From NCBI GenBank assembly GCA_003971905.1, contig RSEE01000025.1, positions 1-64,000 on the forward strand: DNA of 64,000 nucleotides. Direction: 5' to 3'. The stretch is from Moniliella sp. 'wahieum'. Taxonomy: Eukaryota. The notes under the pieces were generated by a model, which did not search any database, was not told where the DNA came from, and saw nothing but the letters and a program-made list of their open reading frames with translations. Position 1 is the stretch's first letter; every line of letters begins with the position of its first letter. The translations under genes were made by a program, and so were the position numbers. This document shows positions 1 through 14,202 of this stretch, piece after piece.

Positions 1-1267
1 GTTAGCCAAGGTTGCTGTGTACAAGACGTTTAGCCACCTGAAGAACATGAAAAGGGCACTGCTCAACGGCAGAAGTATAAGCCAGATGTAGCAATCTCGC
101 TTTGGTTGGGAAGAAACAAGAGCAGAGGACGTGGTGCGAAGCGGAGGAACCAGCAAGAGGGAGACGCTAATAGAGCGAATAACTTGAAAAAAATTGGGAG
201 AGACGGGGTCTCAGCAACAATCAGATGCCCACATCCTTCTAGAACTTATACCAATGAAGATTTTCTGACTGTGTTCTTCACAGAGCCTCTTCCTCCTCTG
301 TACCATAATACCTGCCTTGGGAAGGGCACGTGGGGAACATGTCAGTGTCGAAGCACCTCATGTAGCTGTTGTCATACTCGGGACAAGGTGAAGGAGACCA
401 GAGTCGAGAGACTAGGTCAAGGGATGTAGCAATCGTTCTTGGGAAGAAGAAAGAACAAGAGGACGTGGTGCGAAATGGAAGAAACAGGGAAAGAGCGAGA
501 CGCTGGAGACGAAGAAATCGGAAATGGGAACGAGATGACAGCTGTACCCACTTTCAACAGCTCTCCACCCGGAGCCTATTACCGTTGCTCTCCATACGAG
601 TGTTGACCGTACACAACCAAAACGAGTCCTCACTGCAAAGGTAGGGTTGTGCTGCTCCACCACAACGCAGAACGGCGCCCAGTCGTTTCTTCCAGACCTG
701 GAATGAGAAAAGGGGGAGATGAGGTGGATGAAGAAATGGACACGATCAACGAGATCGATTGTTCTCCATCAGACAAGCAGCCCGTCAAGCTAGCTTGCGT
801 CTCGGGCGGAGAACAATGGTCAATGGGGACAGTCGAGCGATGAGCACCGCGCGTGATGAGCGCGAGACACACCGCATGTGACATTTCCCGAGCTGCCAGG
901 GGCGCGACGAGGTTGAGTGGTAGCGCCGTGCTTGGCCTGCCGACTGCGGGCGGGGGCCTCGTGAGAGTGACTTGCCCAGTGGCGGGTGACATGTGACACG
1001 GGACCCACGCCTGCCAGGCGACAGGCGGCAGGCGACTGCGGCGCCCCCCGCATGCCACATGCCACAGGCCACATGCTGTTTGTCCCTTGCGTCTGTGCCA
1101 GTGCCCCACCGCAGGCGCAGCACCCGCCAGTGTCACCGCGCTCGCGGATCGGGCCGCAGGGGCTGTGTGTGTCGGATGTCCGGCTGGGGCAGGCTGTGGC
1201 GCGGCGCTCTCCAGTCGGCCGATGGGCAGCCGCAGAAGCACCGCGCCCCCAACACCACCCGCCCCCC

Positions 1268-4200
1268 ATGGCCATCTTTGGCAAGCGCAACAAGGACAAG
1301 GACAAGGACAAGGACAAGGACAAAGACAAGGAGCGCGACCGCCTCGCCCAGCCCACGCCGCCCCCCTCGGGCCCCGCCGTCCGCCCGCCGCATCCACCCT
1401 TGGCCCTCGCCACGCCTCCCCGCTGGTGCCGACGAGGGCCGCGGCATGCCCTTCAAGCGCAAGCCAAGCGCAGGCCCACGCCCAAGCGCAGCCCAGCCCA
1501 CGCGCAAGCCCACGCCATGGCCATGGCCATGGCTCAATCGCCCCCGCTCCCGGCCAACCCTCTCGATGCCTCCAGGCCAGCCTCCTCTTCAACACGGCTA
1601 CGGCGCTGCCCCCCATCCCCATCCACATCCACACCAGCTTCCACAGAAGCTTCCGCACCACCACCCTCGGCCTTCTCAGCAGCAGCCCAACTATCCTTGG
1701 ACTCACAGACGCCTCTCCTTCAGCCGGCTCCTTCTTCGACCCAACACAGAAGAGCACGTCTCCAGCCCCAACCCGTTCCTCGCTATGGATCGGCAGTCAA
1801 CCAGACAGCATCCCACACCGGAGAGCTACTGCTGTTTGGCGGCATTGCCGATGGGGTCGTTAAGAACGATTTGTACAGCATCAATGTCGAACAGCTCAAT
1901 TATCCCCGCCCCCCACTGGCTCCGCTGGGTTCCCCGACAAATCCGACCTCGGGCGCGTGTCGGCTACCCTGATGCAGTGTGCTGGCCCTGCTCCCTCTGC
2001 CCGCATGGGTCACGCGACTGTGCTGGTCTCCAACGTGCTCATCCTCTGGGGCGGAGATTCCAAGGCGAGTGCAAATGATGAGCAAGATCAGGCATTGTAC
2101 TTGCTCAATCTCTCCACTCGCGAGTGGACACGAATCAGCTGTGCCGAGTCTGGCCCCGATGCTTGCCCTCCGGGCGATACCGACATACGATCTCAGTGGT
2201 AGGCAACAAGGTCTACATATTTGGTGGCCAATCAGACTGGCAGCTGTTCAATGACTGTGGAGCTTTGATCTCAACTCTATCAAGACGGGTGCCCGGTGGG
2301 AACGCATTGTGCCCAACTCGACTGTGCCGGCTGCCCGAACAGGTCACACCAGTGTCACATACCAGAACAAGATCTATATCTTCGGCGGCACAGATTCTCA
2401 GTACCACTACAAGGACACGTGGGCATACGATGTGTCGAGCAACACTTGGACTGAAGTATCTTGCATTGGCTACATCCCGCTCCCGCGGGAGGGACATGCT
2501 TCTTGCTTGGTAGATGACGTTATGTACGTCTTTGGCGGACGTGGCGTCGACGGTAAAGAGCTGGGCGACCTAGCCAGCTTCAAGATCTCTACGAACCGGT
2601 GGTACATGTTTTCTAACATGGGACCCGCGCCTTCCCCTCGTTCGGGCCACTCTCTAGCCACATACCAAGACAAGGTGCTCGTTCTTGGCGGGAGGCCTAC
2701 GCTTCGGCCAAGCCAATGATCCCGCCTTTATTTCGGTTTTGAACACGGGCAAGATTAAGTACCCAGCTGATTCGAAGCCCATTGAGCCTCCTAACCCAGC
2801 CACAATGAATGGGAGGCCAGCGGGACACCTGCGATGATACCTACGGCCTCTCAAAGGGCCACCAGCCCCACCTCCGAGCCCCCACCCCACCACATTCCAC
2901 CTCGCGTTTGGTCAGTTCGTCCGGGACACCGTACCCCCCACATACCGAAAGCCCTCTCGACATGATTCGCGTGTCGCCTCCCACTGGAAGCCTGCCCGGC
3001 TCCGCCCCGGCTGCATTAAATGGCCATCGAATGGAGAGGGTTGTCACCCCAAGCTCGTCAGCTCAATCCCACCCCACTTCCATACCAGGGTCGGGCTCCA
3101 TGGGCACAGTAAATGCCAGTGCCGTGGCTGACACCTCCCGGAGCACTGCAATGTCATCTGCCCCAGCTACTGTACGATCTTTCCCTACACACGCCCCTTT
3201 GAAGAGTGGAATTCCTTCTTCGGATTCCACCAATAGGGCGGCTGGGTCGCCAGTGGAGTCGTATCAGACCAATGGATCTGTGTCCCAGCACAAGGACTTG
3301 GACCGGTGGAGCCTGGTCCCCGGACGCGCGGAGACGGGGATACGCCCACCCAGAGCTCACCCATTGTCCCCCATCCGGATCTGGAGGCGTACCGCAAGCG
3401 GGAGATTTGGCTCAAAACGCATTGGCCACGCCATGAAGCGTGGCTTTATCTCCTCGGACATCTTGACCGACGCGCCGGATGATGAGACGAGTCGTGAACT
3501 GGCCCAATTGAATGTCGGCGCGGACGACTCAGACAAGGCGCGAATCGTCCAGGCCCTCTGACACTTAAGGCTCAGCTGGCGCAAGCTCAAGTATGTATCG
3601 GTTTCCTTGTTGTTCCTAGGTACTGATCTTCCCTGCTCTAGACCACGATATCTGAACAAGCCACGCGCGAGATGGAGCTCCGAGCCGAGACGGAGAAGTC
3701 CCACCGAGCGATCTTAGCTGAGGCAGCGTGGTATCGCGCCAAATTGTCCGCCTACGAGACAGCAAACGCGTCCGAACTGTCCAAGCTGGACCAGGAGCGG
3801 ACTGCAGGGATGGAGGCCCGGCTGTCGAGTGCGTTGCGCGACAAGGCCGAAATGGAGCGGCAACTTGCCTTGACGCAAGAGCAGTACCAGTTGGAAACTC
3901 AGTTGCGTCTCTCTGCCGAGAACGGCTAGCAGAGACAAGCAAACGCGTAGTAGCGGCCGAGGCGGCCCAGATGGGTGTATGAAGATTTGTCTTCACTTCA
4001 AAAACGTGCCTACACTGCCGAAAGTGTGTTACGGGAGCAGACCGAGCGCGCTGTAAGCGCCACTTCGCTCCTTGACCGCGAGCGAGCCGAGCATGGGCGC
4101 GTCCGATCGGCCAACGAAGATGCGAATGCCCTTCATCCACACAACGGGAGAGCCTGCTTCATCTTCAAGCCGCATTGACCTCCACCACGGCTCGATCCGA

Positions 4201-5592
4201 AGAGCATTACCGTCTCTACATCCAGCACCGAGATTTGGCCCAAACAAACCAAGAAGTGGTGGCGACGCTCCAGTCCCAACTGGATCAAAAGATCCAAGAG
4301 ACGCTCACACTCAGCGAAAAGGTGGATGATTTGCAGCGTCTTTTGGCTGCTGCTGAGGCCGAGGCCTCGGCGCATCGTTTGGCCAGTGCCACGAGCTTGG
4401 CCCAAGTCTTGCAGACGCGCGATGTGGCTGCTCAGCGGGCGGTTGATGCACAAGTGCCGCCCGAGGTGGACGACCAACTTCGGGCGCTCGAGGTCAAGTG
4501 ACATCGTTGCAAGACATGCATGCTGTAGCGCGTACAGCAGTGGACGAAGCGACGAACGAGCTGACCTTGGTGCGAGAGATGAATGTCAAGCTGAGAAGCA
4601 ACGGTCTGGGATCCAGTCGGAATTGAGTGTGGCTCGCGCCCAATTGGCCATTGCGGTTCAGGAGGTGGCACGGATGAAGGAGATGTTGGTTCAGAGCCAA
4701 GTGGATGTACGCGACGCGCGCCGCGATGCGGAGCAGACGCATCTCAAGCTCCATCTGTTGCGGGAACACCTTGCACAGCAGGGCATCCCCTTACCGCCCG
4801 ATGAGCAGGTGGATCAGATGGGGGCAGCAGCGCAACTTGCCCTGTTGCAGCAGCGTCTCGAACAGAGCTCCCGTGCACCACAGAGTGCCAAACGCAGTTG
4901 GCCGATGCACACGCTCAGATGCTTCGCTGAAACGATCTCTGGCCCAGGGGGTGAACCGGGCGGCTTGGGAAGAGGCTGTAGCCCGAGGGACGAGAGCGAG
5001 CGCCAAGCGGAGCAAACGTCCAAGGACTACCAAGATCGTATGGACCAGCTCGAGGAGGACTATGCAACGGCGATGGACTATGTCCATAGCGCTGAAACTG
5101 AGGTGCGACAATTGCGGGAGGAAGTGAGCCGGACTCAGCAAGAGAGCGTGGCTTTGGCAGAGCAGTTGGCCCAGCGCCGCACACTCTCCACTTCTGGCAC
5201 GCCTGCTTCGCCAGCCGACGCCGACATGTTAGCTGTACACGCCCGTCTGGCCAATCTGTCCTCGGCGTACAAGGAGGTGACGGAGGTGAACCGCGAGCTG
5301 GATCGTCGGATGGCTTCTATGATGCACAACAAAAAGAGGTCCACGACCGCGCCCGCATTCAGACCGAAACGACGGGCGCGACGGAGAAGAAGGTGCGCTC
5401 CAAGGCCAAGTGACTGGGTTGGAACGCGATCTGGTTCAGAGTCGCGACGAATTGGAACACACCTTGAGTCTCAACCAACACCTGAGCAGGGAACTGGCTC
5501 GCGCCGCATCAGTTTCCGCGCCTCGGACCACCCCGCCCTCGGCTTCTTCTGTCCCGCATGCACCCACCCTCTCCTCCATGAGTGAGGAGTAG
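1268..5592 (+). CDS. Kelch-repeat / coiled-coil cell-polarity protein (Tea1/Kel1-like); frameshifted in this assembly
   Basis: ATG at 1268 (MAIFGKRNKDKDK...). Kelch repeats are spread across consecutive ORFs (ELLLFGG, ARMGHATV..LILWGG, GRYRHTISVVGNKVYIFGG, ARTGHTSV..KIYIFGG, PREGHASCLVDDVMYVFGGRG, PRSGHSL). A long coiled-coil C-terminus ends MSEE* at 5592. Intron at about 3591-3641 (GTATGT..TACTGAT..TAG). Confidence 0.85.
1291..1330 (+). repeat. (CAAGGA)n coding hexamer repeat giving a Lys-Asp tract
   Basis: caaggacaaggacaaggacaaggacaaggacaaagacaag, inside the 5' end of the kelch gene. Confidence 0.9.
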
Positions 5593-5975
5593 AACCGCTC
5601 ATTTTGGTATCCAGCCTTCATCCCACCGGGGAATCACCACGATCTATCTGGGCCGATGGCCAAACTCGATTCCTTCGCTTGACGCTTCTTTCGTTTTGTC
5701 GGCTCTGGTTCGGTGCTCCCCCATACCACCGGTTCCCTGGCGGAGCCAAGGAGCGTTCCAGCTACATTCAGTTATTGTATACACCCGTCCTGTCCACGGC
5801 ATTCCATTCGTGTTGTTTTGTAGAACCGCCTCTCGCACTTTCCAGTCCACACCCTTCCCCGCTGCCCAATGGGATCATAGCGAGGGTCTGATATATAGCA
5901 ACTACTGCTGGATACTAAATCTGTGCCGGCGCCGTACATGGGCAAATTGCCTTTATCCATTACGCCCCGCCTCAT

Positions 5976-8900
5976 CTACTCGTCGACCAGGGCCATCTTG
6001 ACCTTACCACGGTGGGTGTTGCGGTCGCGCTCCACCCCAAACGCACCGAGCACGAGTCGAACACGGCGAGCGTCACATCCTTCGACAAGCCCGAATGCGA
6101 GCGAGGGATGGTAACCGTAAACTTCTCTGGGTCAAACTCACAGTCGCGGTCGAAGGTGATCAACCCCTCAAGCCATATTCGGACACATACACCGCCACAC
6201 CGTTCCGGAAGGCACGAATGACGAACGCCTTGCTCTGCAGTGCCACCGTCGTCCCATCTTGGCTCTTGATACCCTTGGACTCCATCGCCGCCACCAACAA
6301 TTCGTTCTTCCGTCCAATCGCCAGCCCCACATAAAACTCCACACTCGCCCGCCCAGCCATCTGCGCCGCACGGTGCCGCCGGTTCGAGTTGGCCAACATC
6401 ACCTCCACTCCATGCTTAGACGCCAAGTGCGGGTCGGCTTGCTCATACCCAATCGCCGAAGCCAGCTGACGGTGCGCCAGCACGTCGGGATACCGCGAAT
6501 GGGAGAGTGAAGTGGGTGTACATATCGGTAGCCAGACCGTATGGCCAAACTGATCAGCTGCCACAGTGCCAGAGCAGAAATACTCGGCTGACAGCATACA
6601 GCGCGTAGCCATGATACGGACCAGGGTGTTAAACTCAGGGAGCGAAGGGTCGATGCACTTTCCAACGAGTCTGCCAACGCGCGCGACGACGACACATCTA
6701 GTTCAAATCCTTTCTTCACCTTCAAGATTTTGGCCAGCATCTCAAAGTTGGACGAAGGGGGGCACCGTGTCGCCGAAGCACAGCAGTTTGAGGATAGGCT
6801 TGTTGCACGCGCCGCGCAACACTGATGTTGGCCAAAAGCATAAACTCCTCCACCAACGAGTTGGTCTCAAAAAGTTCCTTGCGCTCCACGTCAATCGGGC
6901 CAGTCATCTCAGCGCTATCGAGGTGGATCTTGACCTCGGGCGACGCCAGGTTGAGTGCACCGGCTTCGATACGTTTCTGTTTGAGTTTGATAGCCAAATG
7001 GTTGAGCAGCCGAATTGACTCGGTGATGGCGTCTGTCTTGCTGGCATCGTCCTTGCGCCTCTGGGCATCCTCGTAGGTAAATGCTTCCTTGGACGCAATC
7101 ACGCTCTTGTGGAAGCGGACATTCACAATCTCCCCTTCTTCCGTCATCTCCCACACACACGAAAACGCGGCGTTCCACGTGAGGGCGCAGGGAGCAAAGG
7201 TTGGTGCCCAACAGAGAGGGAAGCATGTCAATACGCTTGTCGACCAAGTAAACCGTCGTACTGCGCGACGCAGCCTCCTTGTCCATGGGAGTGCCAGGTC
7301 GAACAAAGTAGGAGACATCGGCAATGTGCACTCCGGCCTCAATGTTGCCATTGGGAGACGCTTGGCGTGCAGAGCATCGTCAATGTCTTGGCACCCAGGT
7401 GGATCAATCGAGCAAATGTTCTCATCACGCATATCAACCCGATCGCGCCAACGCGGGCCACCAGCGTCCTTCGCTGGAACAACCCACTTATCGCCTTCCG
7501 GAGGAAGACAATCCAAATGGCTTTGCTAAAGGGGCGGTAGGGCACATCGTGCTCCAGCAGCAAGCTCTCTTGCTCTGCTTCCTTGCTTTCCGCACGACCG
7601 AGTGCTCGGACAAAGTGTCCATCGGGGTAGCGCGATGTGACAGGCCAGTCGTCAATGGTGATGAGAATCTTCTGTCCCAAAAGTTCCTTGGCCTGCCGGG
7701 TGCGGATGCGCACCCTAGGAATCTTGCGGTCGACAGGGCTGGCAAAGAGTGTAGTCGGACCCAGACTGGACATGGCACTTGCCGAAACAGAAGAGTTGAC
7801 CACATGGGCCACATAGGAGCGCCAGTTGCGCTTGACAATGCCAACCACTTTGCCCGTGGGCTTGACTTCCGCCGGATCCTTCTGGCGCGTCTGCTCGGCG
7901 TCCTGCTCTTCCCTTCGCTCCGCAGCCATATCTTCCGCATCAGCCTCCTCCGCTCCCTCCTCCGCATCTTCCCCATCACCACCAGCATCGTCGTTCTTCA
8001 GCGCTTGGTCCATATCCAACACGCATCCGCCCCGGCTCGCCATTCGCTCCGAGGGAGAAGCTCAACCGCAACAAAGTCGCCATCTACCGCACGGTTCATT
8101 GCCTCCCGCCCGAGCAGCAGGATGGGCTGGTCCATCCCGCGAACATTGACTGATGCTTCAAGGTAGTTGTAGGTCGAAGCATTGAAGAATCCCGTATACA
8201 GCGCACCCGACTTGACGCCGGCATCCAGCTCGTTGGCTTCGAGATAATCAGGGTAGTAGACGGTGTGCTTCTGGAGCGTCGTCGACTCTTCCACATTACG
8301 GGCCGACAACAGGTCGGTCAACCTCTGTGATACATTTTCGGGCAAGCCCGATATGTAGTCCTTCACCCTGAGTGCCTGGATTCCCTCTGCCTTGGCTTTG
8401 CGTACACTGTCTCCATCATCCGAAAGCATCACCACCCGAGCAGGGGGGAAGATGGCCATGAGGTGGCTTGAGTACCACTTGGTTGCAACGCGGATCGCAC
8501 GTCGTTGGCGTCGTTGGGGGACTCGTTAGTCATCGATTGGGTTGCAGTAGCACTAGGAAATCAAGGGCGTATCAGTAACAACAAAATAATAAGAGGGGGG
8601 TGCACGTACGCGCTGAATTGGTTCCAGTATACCCAGAAGTTCCGCTCGGGCTCCTGGATGAGGGCTTGCAGACGGTTGAACAGGGGCATACTTCGATGCC
8701 TTACCTCGTCCAAAACAGTTTGGAGGACGATAACGTTGGTGAAGGCGGGTCTGGCCGGGTGTTTGTCATCGGCGGGTAGCATGGCCTCCAGCAGGTCCAT
8801 TTGGTGAAGGACAATGTTGGTGTCGATGAGTAAGTAGTAGTTGCCTTGGCCGTCAGCTAGATGCTTGTTGGTACTCAATGGAGTGCCAGTAGCGTCAGGG

Positions 8901-9116
8901 CTCGTCCCTCACTTGTGGCCACCGTCTTGCGCAGGGCCTTGTGAAAGGGGGTACAAGTGGCAGTGGGGGGAACCACAGCCGACATCGTCACGCAAGTAGC
9001 GCTCGCGCACGACCCGCAAGACCTTCCCACGAGCTGTTTGCGCTGGTAGCGCTGGAGGGTCACTCCTGGAGCGTCGTCGGGGAGCGGGGACGCTTGAGGA
9101 TGGTGACCTTGGACAT
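5976..9116 (-). CDS. DIS3: Exosome catalytic nuclease Dis3/Rrp44 (PIN + CSD + RNB + S1); frameshifted
   Basis: PIN motif [43 protein letters not shown] motif [35 protein letters not shown]-terminus ...[10 protein letters not shown]. Intron 8553-8609. Confidence 0.95.
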
Positions 9117-9351
9117 GATGGTGGTGGTGGTCGAGTTCAACAGCACCAGTCAGTGCCCACTCGCACATGTCGGCGACCAGCACAAATTTGCTGGAACAGA
9201 AAGGCCTGGGCGGAATGGTACAGCGGAATGCCGGGCGGAATGGACCCGGCCTTACATTAAATTTGGAGCGAGTCGGAGTTGTCGCAGCGTCTGAGTGTGA
9301 CTTCTGACTCCGAGGCGGCGCTTTCCTGCCATCGCCCCCCCCGGCTTCAGA

Positions 9352-10513
9352 ATGGGTTCGGGGCCGAAGGAAAAGACTGCACCCGCTTTCTTTGGTGACC
9401 ACGCCTACGACCAGGCCATTGCCGGCATTGGCGCCGGGGCGTGGCGACCATGTGCATGAATCCACTGGACTTGATAAGGTCAAATTCCAGGTCGACACGT
9501 CCCCTGTCCGCCCGCTCTTTCGTTGGACACCGTCAACTGCTCAGCCCCTTCCCCTTGGCACGCGGATACGTCAGGCTGCGGTTCATGTCGCTACGGGAGG
9601 ACGAATTGGTCGCGACATGGCCCACTCACTCCGCACCATCGTCCGTGACCAGGGTGTATTGGGCCTGTACCGCGGCGTGTGCACCAACATCGTCGGCAAC
9701 TCTGTCAGCTGGGGGCTCTACTTTTTGTGGTAGGTCAATTACCTTTTTATGAATCAACCTTGTCTTTTGTGCTAACAACTCGGTTAACTGTAGGTATACC
9801 CAAATGAAGGACCTCATTGCTCGTGGCGATGAGAACGTGAACTCTCCCCCAGCCAACATCTTCTCGCAGCGAGTGTCAGTGGCTGTCTCAGCGCCTGGCT
9901 CACAAACCCAATCTGGGTGGTCAAAGTACGCATGTTCTCCAACGCACCGCCAGGGAAAGTTCCCAGGTATCCTCTGTTCTACCGGTCTACAAGGGATTGG
10001 CTGACGGCCTGCGGTCGATCTACCATACCGAAGGTATTCGGGGATGGTATCGTGGTGCTGGACTGAGCTTGCTGGGTGTGAGCAATGGGGCAATTCAGTT
10101 TACCGTATACGAGTCGCTCAACGCTGGCGTAGCGCCGTTCACATTCGCCGGCAAGGCGGGAACGTGGAGCACATGTCCGAGGCGGGGTCAAGCTAAGCAA
10201 TACCGAGTACACATCGCTCGGGTTCCAGCAAAATGTTGGCCATCCTCGCTACATATCCTTACCAAGTCGTCCGCAGCCGGTGCAAAATTATTCTTCCGGT
10301 CAGCAATTCCCCAGTGCGCTGGACACCGTCCGTACCACCTTTACTCGCGAGGGCGGCGTTCGCGCCTTCTACAAGGGCCTCACCGCCACCTTCATCCGAG
10401 TTTTGCCCTCGACATGCGTCACGTTTGTGGTGTACGAACAGATTTCTTGGTTCCTTCGCGATGCAGCCATTAAACGCGCCGGCGAGAGTCATCTCCTCCA
10501 GGACCGACACTGA
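9352..10513 (+). CDS. Mitochondrial carrier, FAD/folate transporter type (Flx1/SLC25A32-like); frameshifted
   Basis: Three carrier repeats: NPLDL.KVKFQ..GLYRGV..NIVGNSVSWGLYFLW; NPIWVVKVRM..GWYRGAGLSLLGVSNGAIQF; TYPYQVVRSR..FYKGL..IRVLPSTCVTFVVYE. Intron 9730-9793. Divergent from DIS3 across about 235 bp. Confidence 0.85.
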
Positions 10514-11536
10514 ACCTTTCAACTAGCTAATATCGTTCGTTCCTTGTCCCTCTCTACTTATACCGCACGTCCACCTTTCAGTCTGTGCAGCATACCACAC
10601 ATCATCATCACCTTAGTCACTTTTCCTATCGTTCGTTCAATAATACACTGTCTCGTTTCATTCTTCCCAATATTCGATTGTGATCATCGGCCTATAGTGT
10701 ACATACCAAAAGCAAATTCTACTCGGCTCTCATCTCATCCTAATGTTATTATAAGGTTTGGGGTGTCCTTGCCGAAGAGGGGCGAACGCGAGAAGATACA
10801 GCGGGGGCAGGATCATTGCATCATCCACTTCACCACACTCAGTGCGCGTCTGATCGACGGATGGGCGAAAGAGATCCTTTCGCAACTAATACGCACTGTA
10901 TTCCGACTCGTGGAGCTCCCGTCGAGAAATGTAGGATACGGCCTGCGGCCCAAGGATACAATTTTATGGAGAGGGTGTGTCGAAAGCGGGGGTCAACAGG
11001 AGGGTCAACGCGTCAACGTACGTCGAGAGTTGACGTTCAAAAAGCTCAAAGCAACGCGGGACTTGCGCCTGTGGTGTATTAGATGCAAGAGACGGCAAGG
11101 GTGTTGTGGCTTTCGCGATACTATACATAAGAATAGTGAGAGGCGTGTGGAGAGCAGATAGAGGTGATAAAAATGCGCCGCTGGGGCTGCTCTAGTCCGA
11201 TGGGCCCTGTGGCCTGGACTGAGTAACTAAGTACTGACATAGTTCCCTCCCGGCTGGCTATAACACCGAGGCCTGAGGCCTGAGGACACTGAGGCCTCGC
11301 GCTGGCGACCGAAACGTAACGTCGAGTTGGACACTTATATTATCCCGCTGTCTTCATCGGCTAATGGGGGCTAAGATGCACAGCGGCGCTACTATAAGCT
11401 TTTCGGCTTCGGCACTGCGCTTTTCTCTGTCGATATATATTTGCTCCGCTGCATATAGCCCCTGCTGCGCCTAGGATATACCCTTCTCGATTATCTCGAT
11501 TTTCCCGCCACCACCACCCCTGGTTACGCCCCCAGC

Positions 11537-13990
11537 ATGGAAGGCCTGTTTGACTACATCCCGTTTGCCCATTCACTGCGCCCTTTGGTCACCACGAGTT
11601 CCAGCGCCTGGGCCGCGGCTCCTTTGGCAGTGTGCTCGGCGGCGAACTGTTTGGCACTCCCGTGGCACTCAAGGACGTCCGCCCCACCAGCGACTACGAT
11701 GTGGACAAGTACTTTGAGCGCGAGCTGGAGATGCTCCGCCACCTCCGCCATCCTAACATTGTCCAGTACATGGGCCTCACCCGCAGCCCGCCACCCGTTT
11801 CGCACATCTACATTGTCACTGAACGCATCACTGGCGGCACCCTCGCCGGCCGCATCGCTGATGTGTCCCAGCCGTTCCCCTGGCGTCTGCGTCTCAGCCT
11901 CGCCACCGACGTGGCACGCGCCCTGTGCTACATCACACCCATCACTGCCTTCACCGCGATATTAAGGGCGACAATCCTAATCACCACCAACGACCGTGCC
12001 AAGCTCTGTGACTTTGGTTTTGCTCGTGTAGCTGCAAGCAATGCATCCGAAATGGCCCGCATCAGCTTCCTCGGCACCTCCGCGTACATGGCCCCTGAGC
12101 TGCTGCTTGGCGAAGATTACAGCCATCCAGCCGACACGTTCAGTTTTGGCGTGATCCTCTGCGAAATCGCCTGTCGCACATGGCCACCGAGTTCCATCGT
12201 TCGGGCCATTTCAAGAGCATTGAGCCATACCAAGTAAAGGCATTGGCCTCCCCAGATTGCCCACCTGATTTGCTCCAACTTGCACTGGCATGCACCCGTG
12301 CCTCTCCTCATGAGCGGCCAGATATGCCCCATGTGGTTGATCGACTGGCACAAATGGAGTTCCAACTCACCCAGCAAGAGGTCGCTACCCTGAAAAAAAA
12401 CAAACACGAGCCCCAGTTCTTTAGCGTTGGGAGTCTTAGCCCTTCTACCATGAAGATGGTATTTGAGCACCGACAGAAACACCATCAGCGCAAGTACCGA
12501 GCAATGCCAACCTTCGATGATGGCATGCAGCCCATCTCCCACACCCCTACCTTAGAGGCGGACGAGACTACCGTGGGTGTAGGACGAGGCCACGCAGATT
12601 CCACTCCATCGGACGATACTTGGTCATCCCAGCCTTCTAGTGAGTTACCAGAATTGGGTGAAACGGATGAGATCAATGACGCCTCCAATGAAGCCTTGAT
12701 CACCATCAAAGATTTATCAATGAGCGTGACCTACCTTCCAACTTGCTGGACCTCGCTGATGACTCGGATCTGTATGCGGATCCCTCTTCCTTGGCCCAAG
12801 CCGAGTCTGCCCCAGGCATGGACGATCGAATGCTTCTATCGGACCTTCTGAAAACGGGAAAGACATACAAGTCCTCAGGCGTTGGAAACCCACTAGACCA
12901 AGCGGACCAGTGGCAGCCTCAGGCAGCTCCTCCAGCAACCACTCCTGGCCGCACCCTATTGGATGATGTATCGGAGCATGCCTCGCAAGAGAACTCCTCT
13001 ACTATAAGACATCAAGCATCTATAAGCGGTATCGCCAACCAAGGCCACGCTTCTTCCTCGTCGGGAAGCGGGAGGGGGGAATACTCCATTGCTCCCATCG
13101 TCCGTTCCAGTACCTCGGCCAGCCGCCCCCAAGGCTCTCACCGTTCACTGGCCGATATTTTCGGTGCTGCCAGAGAATGATGACACCCCAATTGTTCGGC
13201 GGAAATACCCCCCCTCCCCTCCACCAACCTCCACCACCCCCTTCACAGGGGGAGGATCCTGAGGAGTTGCCGACACCCACGAACGATACCATCCTCCAAT
13301 CATTCCCTTCCCCTCCGACAACAGACACGGAACGAGAAGACAATGGGGATCGTACCCCTACGCAGTTGACGGTACGGTCCAGTGGTGACAAAGTCCTCCC
13401 ACCTGTTCTCGACCTCGACCTTCATCCGCATCGGTTTACTTTAGTTAACAATGGTGCAGGCAAGCCCCGCAGAGGCGAGCAGGATGACCTTCACATGGTC
13501 GCACAGGCTGCCGCGAAAGGGCGCTCCGCTAACCCGCGCATGTTTGGGACAATGCTGCCCCCTGCAATTGTTCTAGCTAACTCTCTTTCCCACTGTTCCG
13601 TATGCGGACGAATGATTGGCTGGAGGCGTCCCTTTCTGGACTGTGACGATTGCCCCTACCGTACCCATGTGGGCTGCGGTCACCTTGCTCCGCTCAATTG
13701 CCAGTTCGAACCTAATTTCGCAACGCCAGAGGCCGCTCCTCTCTCGTGCCGAAACGCCCCGGTTCACCAAGCCCGCGGAGCGGCCAACGTCGATGGCTCC
13801 TTCGCCCCAGCCCGGAACCGACTTAGCTACCCCTGTTCCCCGCCCCACCCATCCACGGCCCCAGAGCCTTGGGTCTCCCGCCGCGGACGCCCCCCAGACT
13901 CCTGCTTTGCAAGGCGTTAACGTGGCCGCTCCCAAACCTGTCAAACCGAAAAAGTCGCCTTTTGCTTTCTTGCGCCGTTTTCACAACTGA
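11537..13990 (+). CDS. TKL-group (LISK/TESK-like) protein kinase with a C-terminal C1-type zinc finger; frameshifted
   Basis: LGRGSFGSV, VALK, YFERELEML..LRHPNIVQYMG, HRDIKG, AKLCDFGFAR, GTSAYMAPE, DTFSFGVILCEI. C-terminal HRFTL...CSVC..W..PFLDCDDCPYRTHVGC. Confidence 0.85.
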
Positions 13991-14202
13991 GTGCGCCTTC
14001 TCTTCGGGTGATTGACGATTAGATCGGCAAACCTTTCGATGTCTAGTGTTGCTTTTCGGCCATGGCAATCCAAGGGCAGGAGAATATGATTATGAGCGTA
14101 ACCTACTTGAGCTGAATGACACACGGCAGGATCAGATGGGAGTACGAACGAGACCATTGTAGGAGGGGGATTTTACCTTGGGCAGGATAGGTTAGCTGAC
14201 GC

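Noticed and set aside
1..620. Possible gene end at the left window edge
   Set aside because: Only short ORFs without recognisable motifs.
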